Of a stretch of 47,771 nt of DNA, positions 1 to 8,730 are shown in pieces. Location of the stretch: IMG/VR virus record IMGVR_UViG_3300000233_000003, positions 1 through 47,771 of that record; one strand, given 5' to 3'. The DNA is from a virus. The position numbers and the translations under genes were made by a program. The notes below the pieces were generated by a model. That model made no database searches and was not told the origin of the DNA. It saw only the letters and a program-made list of their open reading frames with translations. Every line of letters starts with the position of its first letter. The first letter of the stretch is position 1.

Positions 1-245
1 TCATTTCCACTTCTCCTATCCTGCAACAGGCCTATGGTCAGATGCTGCCTGCTATGGTTGCCCACTTGGCGCAGCTGCAAGGAGTTCGGGGCTTGGAGGA
101 GTATGATCCAAACTACGCAGCTCCTACTCCCCCGGCTGCTTTGCAACAAGCTTCTTTAGCAGCTCCTATGCAGGCTGGTCCCGCTCCGCTTCCCGCTCCT
201 ATTCCAGGTGCTACTATGCCTGCTCCTGCTTCTCCTATTCCTTAA
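1..245 (+). CDS. Portal protein, C-terminal fragment (5' end cut by the window start; duplicate of the end of 41852..43825)
   Basis: The translation MLPAMVAHLAQLQG...PASPIP is identical to the C-terminus of the 657-aa ORF 41852..43825. Confidence 0.9.
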   Translation, partial: ISTSPILQQAYGQMLPAMVAHLAQLQGVRGLEEYDPNYAAPTPPAALQQASLAAPMQAGPAPLPAPIPGATMPAPASPIP

Positions 246-254
246 GGTCTTACA

Positions 255-500
255 ATGAATTCAACTCTTCTTCCCACTTCTGAACTCTCTGCCACTGAGA
301 AGACTATTATTGTCAAGTCCTTTTCTGATCCTGCTGTACAGAAGTATTTGCAGAATCTAGCAAAGGAAATCATCATGGACATTGTATCTGGTGAGCCACA
401 GATCAATGAAACAGCAGAATCTTATCTTCGCAGGCAAGCAACTGTGAAAGGTAGATTGGAAGTCATCAACACGCTTCTATTAATCCAAGCTGCCCCTTAA
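255..500 (+). CDS. Hypothetical small head-module protein (81 aa)
   Basis: ATG start 10 nt after the portal stop. Same strand, tight packing between portal and scaffold. No motif recognised. Confidence 0.75.
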   Translation: MNSTLLPTSELSATEKTIIVKSFSDPAVQKYLQNLAKEIIMDIVSGEPQINETAESYLRRQATVKGRLEVINTLLLIQAAP

Positions 501-530
501 GCAGTATTTCTTTCTTTAACGGAGTCTTTT

Positions 531-1232
531 ATGTCCTTCTCTCTTTCTTCTTTGAATCCTTTTGCCTCTAAAGCCCCTGAGCAACAAACTCAGCAACAGC
601 CACCTTCTAATGCCCCTGCTAATAATAACCCAGGTGCCACACTTCCCAATAGTGCCAATCTTGACCAAAAGCCTGTTGATCCTCTGGCTCCTTTTGCTAA
701 GATGTATGATACTGCCAAAGAAGCTGATACTCCTCCTCAGTTTGCCTTGGATAATACTGCCCTAACTACTGCTGCTAGTTCATTGAACTTCATGCAAGGT
801 GCGGATCCTGCTACTATGCAGCGAGCAAAACAAGGGGACAGTGAAGCTATTCTGCAGCTGATGGAACATGCTAGCCGTACCGCGTATCAACACGCATTAT
901 CGCATAGTTCCGTGCTTACGAATAAGTTTACTGATGCGAGAGAAGCCTTCAACAACAAAGGATTTAGTGGTAAGGTTAAGAGCGAACTGACTGTTAATGC
1001 TCTGACAGGTACTGCTAATTTCGATCACCCAGTAGTTCGTAAAGAACTAGTCAAAGTAGCTGGCGAAATGCAACGTCAACATCCTGATGCTTCTCCACAA
1101 GAAGTAGCTACGATGGCGAAAGATTACATCACCCAGCTCAGCAGGGCCGTTAACCCTGAATCTAAGCAGAATCAAAGATCATCTCAACCTCAGGCTACTG
1201 ATTGGGATACTTATTTTGATTCTGAAGGTTAA
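531..1232 (+). CDS. Putative scaffolding protein (233 aa)
   Basis: Lies between portal and major capsid gene. SD-like ACGGAG upstream of the ATG. Low-complexity Q/P/N-rich N-terminus, helical charged remainder and acidic C-terminus. The call rests on synteny only. Confidence 0.55.
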   Translation: MSFSLSSLNPFASKAPEQQTQQQPPSNAPANNNPGATLPNSANLDQKPVDPLAPFAKMYDTAKEADTPPQFALDNTALTTAASSLNFMQGADPATMQRAKQGDSEAILQLMEHASRTAYQHALSHSSVLTNKFTDAREAFNNKGFSGKVKSELTVNALTGTANFDHPVVRKELVKVAGEMQRQHPDASPQEVATMAKDYITQLSRAVNPESKQNQRSSQPQATDWDTYFDSEG

Positions 1233-1278
1233 TATTCCATCCTCCCTGTTCTTCTACCTTTCTTTATAGGAAACTACC

Positions 1279-2478
1279 ATGCCTCTCGCAACTGGTGTCT
1301 TTAATGCCAATACTGGCAATCCTGCTGAACTGAATCAACGTAGCTTTGCTGCACAAATTCTGCGTCGCTTCCCCAATGGCTCTGCCCCTATGTTTGCTCT
1401 GACTTCTCAGTCAGGCCGTAGCAAGGCGAAATCTTCTACCCATGGTTACTTCTCCAAGACCATGACCTTCATCACAGCTACTCTTGCGGCTGGCGTTTTG
1501 ATTGGTGCTACTAACATTGTTGTTCCTACTACTGTTGGCATGGTAGCTGGGATGGTTTTGTATAATGTGCGCACACTGGAGAATGTACGTGTTACAGCAG
1601 TGGTTGACGCTACTAATATCACAGTTACCCGAGCCTTTGGCCGTGTGGCAGCTGCTGCTATGAACATCGGTGATAAGCTCCTGCATGTTGGTACAGCATT
1701 TGAAGAAGGTTCTCAACGTCCTGCAGCTCGTCGTCTGACCACTGAGTATGTTTCTAACTTTACTCAGATCTTCCGTAATGCCTGGGCACTGACTGATACT
1801 GCTCGTGCTTCCTACGCTGAGATGGGTATTAGCAACATTGCAGAGAATAAGCAAGACTGCACAATGTTCCACTCGATGGATATTGAGTCTGCTATTATCT
1901 GGGGGCAGGCCAAGATGGATACTACTGGCGCCACCCCAATGCACTCCACGCAAGGTGTTCTGGATGCCATTGAACAGTATTGCCCAGAGAACAGCAATGC
2001 GGCAGCTGCTACTACCTCCTATGACCAGTTGGTTAGTCTGGTTGAGCCGGCCTTCAAGTACTCTGTGAACGTTGGTAATCCTAAAGAGCGTATTGCCTTT
2101 GGTGATTCACTGGCTATCAAGGTGCTGAATCAAATCGGTCGTGCTAATGGTCAGATCACAATGACTAATAGCGAAACCAAGTTTGGTATGAAGTATACCA
2201 GCTTCCAGTTCTACAAAGGTACTATCAACCTGGTTGAGCATCCTTTGATGAATGGTCTGGGCTTGACTGGCCAGTTGCTGGTTATGGACATGGCTGCTTT
2301 GAAGCTGGCTTATATGGATGGCCGTGATACTGTCCCAGAAAGCTACGGAACTGGCGCCACTGGTTCTTCTACTGGTGTGGATGCAGTAGGCGGCTCGCTG
2401 ACCACAGAATGTGCTGTGGAACTGATCAGCCCCTTCTCTTGCGCCTATATCACTGGCTTGACAGCTGGCGTGGCCTAA
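1279..2478 (+). CDS. Major capsid protein (399 aa)
   Basis: Position after portal and scaffold, suitable size, and a strong hairpin with T-tract immediately downstream, as is usual for highly expressed capsid genes. No homology search was done. Confidence 0.7.
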   Translation: MPLATGVFNANTGNPAELNQRSFAAQILRRFPNGSAPMFALTSQSGRSKAKSSTHGYFSKTMTFITATLAAGVLIGATNIVVPTTVGMVAGMVLYNVRTLENVRVTAVVDATNITVTRAFGRVAAAAMNIGDKLLHVGTAFEEGSQRPAARRLTTEYVSNFTQIFRNAWALTDTARASYAEMGISNIAENKQDCTMFHSMDIESAIIWGQAKMDTTGATPMHSTQGVLDAIEQYCPENSNAAAATTSYDQLVSLVEPAFKYSVNVGNPKERIAFGDSLAIKVLNQIGRANGQITMTNSETKFGMKYTSFQFYKGTINLVEHPLMNGLGLTGQLLVMDMAALKLAYMDGRDTVPESYGTGATGSSTGVDAVGGSLTTECAVELISPFSCAYITGLTAGVA

Positions 2479-2510
2479 TCCTTTTCCCTGATCTGGGCAA
2501 TCATAGGGAA

Positions 2511-2570
2511 CCCGCTATAGGTTAGGGTGCGACTCCCACCAAACAACGGCCTATAGCGGGCTTTTCCTTC
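2511..2570 (+). terminator. Putative factor-independent terminator after the capsid gene
   Basis: An 11-bp perfect stem, cccgctatagg (2511..2521) with cctatagcggg (2550..2560), is followed by cttttccttctt. The loop is long (28 nt) and has an inner ggtg/cacc helix. Confidence 0.55.
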
Positions 2571-2588
2571 TTACTTTGAAAGACTAGC

Positions 2589-2840
2589 ATGACTACTATC
2601 GCAGAAAAACTGGCTGCTTCTAAAGCCGCTGCCGAAGCAAAAGATCCTTCTACGGATAACAAAGAACCTAAGGTCGCAGGCTACATCAGCATGCGTCTGA
2701 AACGTTTCGTGAATAACAAGGGTGTCTTTGTTTATCCTAATGAAGATGGTACCTTCGTCCCCAAGACGCAGGAAGAGTATGATGCACTTGAGCATTATGC
2801 TGATGCCAATATGAACTACGTAGCTCGTACTCCGGAGTAA
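2589..2840 (+). CDS. Hypothetical small structural-module protein (83 aa)
   Basis: ATG start. The N-terminus MTTIAEKLAASKAAAEAK carries the AEKLAAxK peptide also seen in early-arm proteins. Confidence 0.7.
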   Translation: MTTIAEKLAASKAAAEAKDPSTDNKEPKVAGYISMRLKRFVNNKGVFVYPNEDGTFVPKTQEEYDALEHYADANMNYVARTPE

Positions 2841-2843
2841 GCT

Positions 2844-3410
2844 ATGAACTTCAATGGAGTTGTTGCTGAAGTCTTGTCTGCTGTAAAAAGGCCAGATAAG
2901 GTTTCTTCCATTCATAGGGAAGTTAATCAAGCAATTAACTTCTTCAGTTCAAATCAGAACTTTTCGAGGGATCTCATAGAGATCCTTCTTCCTATTGTAG
3001 CTACTGATTATACGCAAGCACTTCCTTTCACTAGCCTTCCAAGGTATAGGAAAGTAAAGTATATTAAGCGGGGAGGTACTAAAGAGTATCTCTCGCTGCT
3101 ATCTACTAAAGAGCTAGGCTCCTCCTGTGATCACAAAGATAAGTACTACATAGCTGGCGCTGGCATTAACATTGCAATGACAAAGCTGGCCACTGCTGTT
3201 GATATTGGCTTCTACCAGTACCCACCTACATTAACAGTAAGCTCACCGGAATTTTGGCTATTAGAACAAGGCTGGCCTATGGTATTCAATAGGGCTACTG
3301 CTAAGGTCTTTGCTGATATTGGGGATGATGCTTCTGCTAAGCTTCATGAAAGCTACGCACGCTTAGACTATCAATCCTTCTGCGATGACGTAGATAAAGA
3401 TTTGGGATAA
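2844..3410 (+). CDS. Hypothetical virion protein (188 aa), possibly a head-tail adaptor or tail tubular A-like protein by position
   Basis: SD CCGGAG upstream of the ATG. Position and size match the T7 gp11 slot after the capsid gene. No motif support. Confidence 0.4.
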   Translation: MNFNGVVAEVLSAVKRPDKVSSIHREVNQAINFFSSNQNFSRDLIEILLPIVATDYTQALPFTSLPRYRKVKYIKRGGTKEYLSLLSTKELGSSCDHKDKYYIAGAGINIAMTKLATAVDIGFYQYPPTLTVSSPEFWLLEQGWPMVFNRATAKVFADIGDDASAKLHESYARLDYQSFCDDVDKDLG

Positions 3411-3412
3411 GT

Positions 3413-3823
3413 ATGAACGAAAACAAGATGCGACGAGCGAATGATGATCTAGATATAGAGGCTATGATAGCACGAGAGGATGATGCTTCACGTAGAGCAT
3501 TGCTTCTTGTGCTCTCGTCGTTGGCAACTAATGTAGCTGCTAATACAAGAACAACAGAAAGCGTAAGCGCTAGCCTGCAAGCCCATCTAGCAACCTTTAA
3601 TTCCCATGTTGAAGAAAATGCCATGGTTATCAATAATTGGAGAGGGGCTAGCAAAGTTATTACTTGGCTTCTTGGTATCATTCAGATGGTGGTAATCTCT
3701 GCTATCATACATATCTCAACTAGGTTCTCTTCCATAGAATCAGACATAGTAAACCTGAAAATAATAGCTGCTGCTAACCATGAGCGGGCTCTTACTAATG
3801 GTGTAACTAAGACAACTCCATAA
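3413..3823 (+). CDS. Hypothetical protein with one predicted transmembrane or hydrophobic helix (136 aa)
   Basis: ATG 3 nt after the preceding stop. Hydrophobic stretch VITWLLGIIQMVVISAIIHIS. Confidence 0.65.
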   Translation: MNENKMRRANDDLDIEAMIAREDDASRRALLLVLSSLATNVAANTRTTESVSASLQAHLATFNSHVEENAMVINNWRGASKVITWLLGIIQMVVISAIIHISTRFSSIESDIVNLKIIAAANHERALTNGVTKTTP

Positions 3824-3831
3824 GGTATATC

Positions 3832-5277
3832 ATGCCTGCTTATAACCCGCCATTTATAACTCCCGGTTCTGGGGCTGGCTCAGCCAATAGCAATGGGGAG
3901 ACAATAGTAGGATTTGACGTTTCCTATGGGGCATCTGACTGCGTAATAGTAGAACCATTAGCAGCTCTAGGAGAGATAATTTTTGCACTCAATGGAGATC
4001 TTGTGGTGCAGGATAAGAAGTGCCTGCCGCCTCAGATTATAATAACTCCAAAAGTTCTTGTAGATAATAGCGAGCCTATTACCACACCCGCTACTCCTAA
4101 TCCAAATGAGCCAGTAGTTGAACCTACCACCCCTAATCCTGCAGAGCCTACTAGGCCATATACTGGTCTCACTTATAGTGAAATGTACATAGACCATGCA
4201 GGTAGCCGTTACATGGCGCATAAAAGAGTTAGGGCTTGGACTAATCTTAAAGATATGGCTGCCAAGTTTATTACTTATAGCAGCGTAGGTAGTGCAGCAG
4301 CCATGGCTAAAGCTGCAAGCTATTCTATTCCTATCACTGGTTATCCTTATTGCAAAGCTACTAGAGAGAGTGATGGGCTTTTTGTTAGCTTCTATTGTGA
4401 AGCTCTGGAGTATGCCCCTGGAACATCTATTTACGCAGCTGTTGGCACCATAGGCTCTCCTCTCTCTTACTCAACAGTAGAATGGAAACTTCCTTATTTT
4501 CCAATAGGAGTAGCCTGTGATGGAACGAAGTTTGTTGTTCTTACAGAAGGTAATAGGATTTATACATCAACAGACGGTAGGGCATGGACCTTATCTGGTG
4601 TTTTCAGTCCTAGCCTTCCTTATCTTTTTGGTAGCGACATTATTTCTTACGGATTAGCTACTAATTATGGCGGAGTCCGTTTAGTGTGGATGCCAGCTGC
4701 TGCTGTCTGGGTTCTTCAATTCTATGATGCCAGTACAATCTATATAACTTCTGATCCTAATGCCACTACTGGGTGGGTAAAGAAGCCTGGAGCAGTTAAC
4801 ACTATAGTAGCTGGTACTGGTGAGTTTATCCAGTATTATCAAAATGGGCCTCTCATAGACTTTAACGGTGCCTGGTATGGAATTGGGCCTAAAGTAGTAT
4901 CTTCTAGCTATTCTCCTAATTTTTATTATGGCATCTGGAAAACCACTGATCAGGGTACTACTTGGACTAATGTAAAACTACAAGAAGCTTATGATATGCT
5001 TAATGTAACTGAGGCTAATTGTGCCCTTGCCAGCATCTGCAAATTTAATAGTGCTCTTTATGTGTATTCCACTAGCGAATTCTCTAAAGTATTCAAGAGC
5101 ACAGATGGAGTTACCTGGACTCCTTATAATGTTAACACACGCATAGAGGTAAGTAACATGGCGTGTGGTACTACTCATATGCTTACTTCTACTTATGCTG
5201 CTGATGTAGGAGACGGGCAGCCTGAGCTTCTTTATTCTTCTGACGGTTATACGTTCAGCCCTTCCACAATAAGCTAG
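3832..5277 (+). CDS. Tail spike or fibre protein with BNR/Asp-box repeats (sialidase-like beta-propeller), 481 aa
   Basis: Four S/T-x-D-x-G-x-T-W/F boxes: STDGRAWT, TTDQGTTWT, STDGVTWT and SSDGYTFS. A Pro-rich linker TPATPNPNEPVVEPTTPNPAEPTRP follows a short N-terminal domain. It sits first in the fibre cluster. Confidence 0.6.
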   Translation: MPAYNPPFITPGSGAGSANSNGETIVGFDVSYGASDCVIVEPLAALGEIIFALNGDLVVQDKKCLPPQIIITPKVLVDNSEPITTPATPNPNEPVVEPTTPNPAEPTRPYTGLTYSEMYIDHAGSRYMAHKRVRAWTNLKDMAAKFITYSSVGSAAAMAKAASYSIPITGYPYCKATRESDGLFVSFYCEALEYAPGTSIYAAVGTIGSPLSYSTVEWKLPYFPIGVACDGTKFVVLTEGNRIYTSTDGRAWTLSGVFSPSLPYLFGSDIISYGLATNYGGVRLVWMPAAAVWVLQFYDASTIYITSDPNATTGWVKKPGAVNTIVAGTGEFIQYYQNGPLIDFNGAWYGIGPKVVSSSYSPNFYYGIWKTTDQGTTWTNVKLQEAYDMLNVTEANCALASICKFNSALYVYSTSEFSKVFKSTDGVTWTPYNVNTRIEVSNMACGTTHMLTSTYAADVGDGQPELLYSSDGYTFSPSTIS

Positions 5278-5284
5278 GAACATC

Positions 5285-6757
5285 ATGCTTCACAAAGATA
5301 TACCACTTGGTGATATTCACTATATTCATAACTGGGAAGTAGCTGATGCTACTGCTAGGAATTCATTAGTAGTTGTTGCTGCTGACAAAGGAAAACTCTG
5401 TTGGCAAAAAGACACTAATGAGTTTCATTTTCTAGCTAACAATATTGGCCCTGTATGGATAGGAGCTCTAGGGGTGGGTGGCCCTATTGGCCCCTCAGGT
5501 CTTTCTGTACTTAATGGAGTAGTTGCCCCTACAAGTGGCATAGGCACTGAAGGTGAGTTTTATATTGACACAGCGACTTCTACCATATATGGGCCTAAAG
5601 GGGTTACTACGTGGCCTGCTGGGATTGACTTAGTAGGTCCACAAGGGCCGCAAGGAATTCAAGGCCCTATTGGCGTGACAGGAGATACTGGCCCAATAGG
5701 TCCAACAGGGGCTGCTGGTATAGATGGAACTAATGGTACAAATGGCTTAGGAGTTCCTGCTGGTGGAGCTACTGGTACTGTGCTTACGAAAGTATCTGGT
5801 GCGGATAATGATACTGAATGGGCAGAGGCTTCTGGGGCAGGAACAATAGTGGCTTCCACTGCTCCTTCTACTCCTTCCAATGGCCAAGGTTGGTATGATC
5901 TTAATACAGGTATTAAGTATATCTGGGTAGACGATGGATATTCTTCAGCATGGGTAGAGGCTGGCCCTGTTGCTCCTAAGCCTGCTGGGAGAGAGATACT
6001 GACTGCTAATAGAACCTATTATGTTGCCACTACTGGTAATGATTCTAATGATGGTCTTGCTGTAGGAACTCCCTTTTTAACTATTCAAAAAGCTGTAGAT
6101 ATAGTCTGTGGCACCTTGGATCTTAATATATACCAGGCAACAATTCAAGTAGCAGATGGAGCTTATACAGATGCAGTAGTCTTAGCTCCTTGGTTGGGCA
6201 AGCTGGCTCCTATTGTCAACGGTAATACTGGTACTCCTGCTAACGTGTCACTCTCAGGAGCTGGTACTAAATTCACTAATTACTTTGGTGGTAAATGGAT
6301 ACTCAAGGGCTTTAAACTGGCTTCTTCTAATAGCGGAGCAGTAGCAGTATCCGGAGGTGGTAGTTTATTGGAATTGTGGAATATAGATTTTGGGCAGTGT
6401 AATGCATCCCAGATATCAGCAACCTATGGGGGGTCTATTACATTCGGCACTAACTATGCTGTAAGTGGAGGCTCTACCTCTGGCGCCCATATGTATTGCA
6501 TCGGTAATGCCTCTATCTCCACCACAGGACGTACAGTAACACTATCTAATACCCCTAACTTCCCAGGAGGTTGGGCATGGGCTGATAGAGGTGCTGGATA
6601 TTTTGAGGCTTTCGCTATGACATTCACCGGCACAGGAGCTACCGGCCCTAGATACATACTAGGTTTACTATCCTCCTGCTTTGTTAATGGAGGTGGGGCT
6701 AACTACTTCCCTGGCAATGCCGCGGGCACTGTTGCTACTGGCGCTCAGTATGCATAA
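5285..6757 (+). CDS. Tail fibre with a collagen-like stalk and a C-terminal beta-helix-like receptor-binding domain (490 aa)
   Basis: G-X-Y run GPQGPQGIQGPIGVTGDTGPIGPTGAAGIDGTNGTNG. Fibre-type motifs GATGTVLTKVSGADNDTEW and GWYDLNTGIKYIWVDDG. The C-terminal ~255 aa are paralogous to ORF 6780..7649. Confidence 0.7.
   Translation: MLHKDIPLGDIHYIHNWEVADATARNSLVVVAADKGKLCWQKDTNEFHFLANNIGPVWIGALGVGGPIGPSGLSVLNGVVAPTSGIGTEGEFYIDTATSTIYGPKGVTTWPAGIDLVGPQGPQGIQGPIGVTGDTGPIGPTGAAGIDGTNGTNGLGVPAGGATGTVLTKVSGADNDTEWAEASGAGTIVASTAPSTPSNGQGWYDLNTGIKYIWVDDGYSSAWVEAGPVAPKPAGREILTANRTYYVATTGNDSNDGLAVGTPFLTIQKAVDIVCGTLDLNIYQATIQVADGAYTDAVVLAPWLGKLAPIVNGNTGTPANVSLSGAGTKFTNYFGGKWILKGFKLASSNSGAVAVSGGGSLLELWNIDFGQCNASQISATYGGSITFGTNYAVSGGSTSGAHMYCIGNASISTTGRTVTLSNTPNFPGGWAWADRGAGYFEAFAMTFTGTGATGPRYILGLLSSCFVNGGGANYFPGNAAGTVATGAQYA
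5636..5750 (+). repeat. Collagen-like G-X-Y triplet repeat (about 12 triplets) inside the tail fibre gene
   Basis: Read directly from the translation of 5285..6757. Confidence 0.85.
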
Positions 6758-6779
6758 TCTGTATTAGAAAGAATCAATC

Positions 6780-7649
6780 ATGCCAACAATCAATTTCCCC
6801 ACAGCTCCTGCTACTGGGCAAGAGTATTCTTTCAACAACAAGACCTGGAAGTACAATGGTACTGGCTGGGCTCTTACGAATGGTAAGCCGTATGGTAGAG
6901 AAGTTCTCACGGCAGCCAGAACCTACTACGTAACTACTGCAGGGAGTGATAGTAATGATGGCCTTACTGTAGGTACTTCCTTCCTGACAATTCAGGCAGC
7001 TATTGATATAGTAGCCTCCTTAGATAGAAGTATCTATCAGGTTACAATTAGTGTAGGAGATGGCACATACACTGGGGCGCTCACTGGCAAGCTGGGAGTA
7101 GGAAGCCTCCCCGTAACTATTGAGGGCAATACTACTACTCCGAACAACGTCTTCCTAAACGTAACAGGTGGTGTATTTACTGCTACAGGGGCCGGTAACA
7201 ACTGGAAGATAAAAGGTGCCAAGATACAAGGTACGTCTACAGGGCTTTCTAGTAGGGACGGGGCTATTATCTATCATGCAGATATGATATTCAATAGCTG
7301 CGGGACATCACCGCTATACGCGTCAGGTGGTAATATTATTGCAGAGGGGAATTACTCGGTAGCAGGCAACTCATCATACATCATGATTGCGTTATATAAC
7401 TCCTATATTACTGCGGGTTTTTACACCTGTACATTAGGAGCTAATATAACCGTAACAGCATTCGCGAGTTGTCTGCGTGGGGGGATTATAAATATAGAGT
7501 CAATGGTTATTACTCTTGGGGCTTTTGCTGTAACAGGTAAAAGATACTCCGCTGACGCTTTAGGGTTGATATATGGGCGCGGAAGCAATGTCAACTTCCT
7601 TCCCGGCACAGTGGCAGGAACTACAGCGACTGGCGGTCAGTACGCCTAA
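6780..7649 (+). CDS. Second receptor-binding or tail fibre protein, a paralogue of the C-terminal domain of 5285..6757 (289 aa)
   Basis: GREVLTAARTYYVTTAGSDSNDGLTVGTSFLTIQAAIDIV aligns with GREILTANRTYYVATTGNDSNDGLAVGTPFLTIQKAVDIV. Both end in G-x-QYA. The N-terminus has the fibre-type motif P..P..GQEY...W.YNGTGW. Confidence 0.65.
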   Translation: MPTINFPTAPATGQEYSFNNKTWKYNGTGWALTNGKPYGREVLTAARTYYVTTAGSDSNDGLTVGTSFLTIQAAIDIVASLDRSIYQVTISVGDGTYTGALTGKLGVGSLPVTIEGNTTTPNNVFLNVTGGVFTATGAGNNWKIKGAKIQGTSTGLSSRDGAIIYHADMIFNSCGTSPLYASGGNIIAEGNYSVAGNSSYIMIALYNSYITAGFYTCTLGANITVTAFASCLRGGIINIESMVITLGAFAVTGKRYSADALGLIYGRGSNVNFLPGTVAGTTATGGQYA

Positions 7650-7663
7650 CTTTAAAAGCCTCT

Positions 7664-8200
7664 ATGAACTACCAAACAACAATCAATGCTATCATCCTTG
7701 CAGAAGGCGGCTATTCAGATCATCCTTCTGACAGAGGAGGCCCTACTAAGTATGGTATCACAGAAGCTGTAGCCCGCGCCAATGGGTACCTAGGCCCAAT
7801 GGTAGACCTTCCTAGAGAACTAGCTGAAGCTATCTATATGAAGCGGTATATCACACAGCCTGGCTTCTACAAGATAGCAGATATCTCTGAGACTCTGGGG
7901 GAGGAGATGATAGATACTGGTGTCAATATGGGAGTATCTATTCCTGCGCCTTTCTTGCAAAGGCTCTTGAATCTTATGAACCAACGGGGCACTAAGTATG
8001 CTGACATCTTCGTAGATGGACAGATTGGCCCTATCACCTTAGATGCTCTCAAGAAGTTTCTAGCCTACAGAGGGACTGAGGGAGAGAAAGTTCTAGTGAA
8101 AGCTATGAACTCCATGCAGGCAGTACGCTATATTGATATAGCAGAAGGCAAAGAGAGCCAAGAAGATTTCATTTACGGCTGGTTGAAGAATAGAACTTAG
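7664..8200 (+). CDS. Endolysin, glycoside hydrolase family 108-like N-terminal domain plus PG_binding_3-like C-terminal domain (178 aa)
   Basis: The N-terminal EGGYSDHPSDRGGPTKYGIT matches the GH108 EGGY...D.GG.T..GI signature. The C-terminal VDGQIGPITLDAL is typical of the associated peptidoglycan-binding domain. Confidence 0.75.
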   Translation: MNYQTTINAIILAEGGYSDHPSDRGGPTKYGITEAVARANGYLGPMVDLPRELAEAIYMKRYITQPGFYKIADISETLGEEMIDTGVNMGVSIPAPFLQRLLNLMNQRGTKYADIFVDGQIGPITLDALKKFLAYRGTEGEKVLVKAMNSMQAVRYIDIAEGKESQEDFIYGWLKNRT

Positions 8201-8209
8201 GAAAGAATC

Positions 8210-8728
8210 ATGGAACCGTTTACCATTGCAATGAGTTTGGCGCAGTTTGCCCCTTCTATTATGCGCTTCTTTGGGGCTGGAGAGAAGAGCACTTCTGTGG
8301 TTGAGAAGATAGTCGGCACTGCTCAGTCAATAACTGGAGCTTCTACACCAGCTGAAGCCTTAGAAATGATTAAAGCTAGTGCAGCTAAGCAGGCAGAATT
8401 CCAACTTCGTGTCCTAGAGATTGATAGGGAATTAGAACTATCCTACCTATCTGATGTGCAAAGTGCTAGGAATAGGGATGTGGAAATAGCCAAGGCAGGT
8501 CATCATAACTACCGTGCAGATAGTATGTATATTCTGGCCGTCTCGCTTATTGCTGCACTTGTCTATATTGTGCTAAAATCCGAGCTTGACGAATATGCAA
8601 AGGGTATCATCACTCTAGTTCTTGGCAGATTCTTAGGATACCTCGATAACATTTATAATTTCGAGTTTGGTACCACAAGAGGAAGCAGAGATAAAGATAC
8701 CACTATTAACAAGTTAACCAAGGAATAA
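8210..8728 (+). CDS. Putative holin (172 aa), possibly GTA-type 3TM-holin-like
   Basis: Immediately downstream of the endolysin. Hydrophobic helices YILAVSLIAALVYIVL and GIITLVLGRFLGYL follow a coiled, charged AAKQAEFQLRVLEIDRELE segment. The family assignment is tentative. Confidence 0.4.
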   Translation: MEPFTIAMSLAQFAPSIMRFFGAGEKSTSVVEKIVGTAQSITGASTPAEALEMIKASAAKQAEFQLRVLEIDRELELSYLSDVQSARNRDVEIAKAGHHNYRADSMYILAVSLIAALVYIVLKSELDEYAKGIITLVLGRFLGYLDNIYNFEFGTTRGSRDKDTTINKLTKE

Positions 8729-8730
8729 GT

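Larger units (their letters stand above)
1..4191. repeat. Left copy of a 4,191-bp direct duplication (same as 43581..47771). It is the wrap-around of a 43,580-bp circular or circularly permuted phage contig.
   Basis: Every ORF in 1..4191 has an identical translation at +43,580. Spot-checked sequence lines are identical. The window ends exactly at 4191+43580. Confidence 0.93.

Noticed and set aside
1411-1953. Long antisense or nested ORFs, for example 1411..1953 (-), 15130..15678 (-), 17722..18285 (-), 25657..26112 (+), 27076..27480 (+), 30215..30652 (+), 34772..35422 (+) and 38229..38777 (-)
   Set aside because: Each lies entirely within a longer ORF on the opposite strand or in another frame that has recognisable motifs or operon context. 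Their translations are Cys/Ser/Leu/Arg-rich, as is typical of non-coding frames.
1-4191. The 4.19-kb end duplication read as a genuine long direct terminal repeat
   Set aside because: Both boundaries fall inside coding sequences (the portal gene and the Asp-box tail gene), and one boundary coincides with the window end. Wrapping of a circular or permuted contig is the simpler explanation. Read-level data would be needed to say more.
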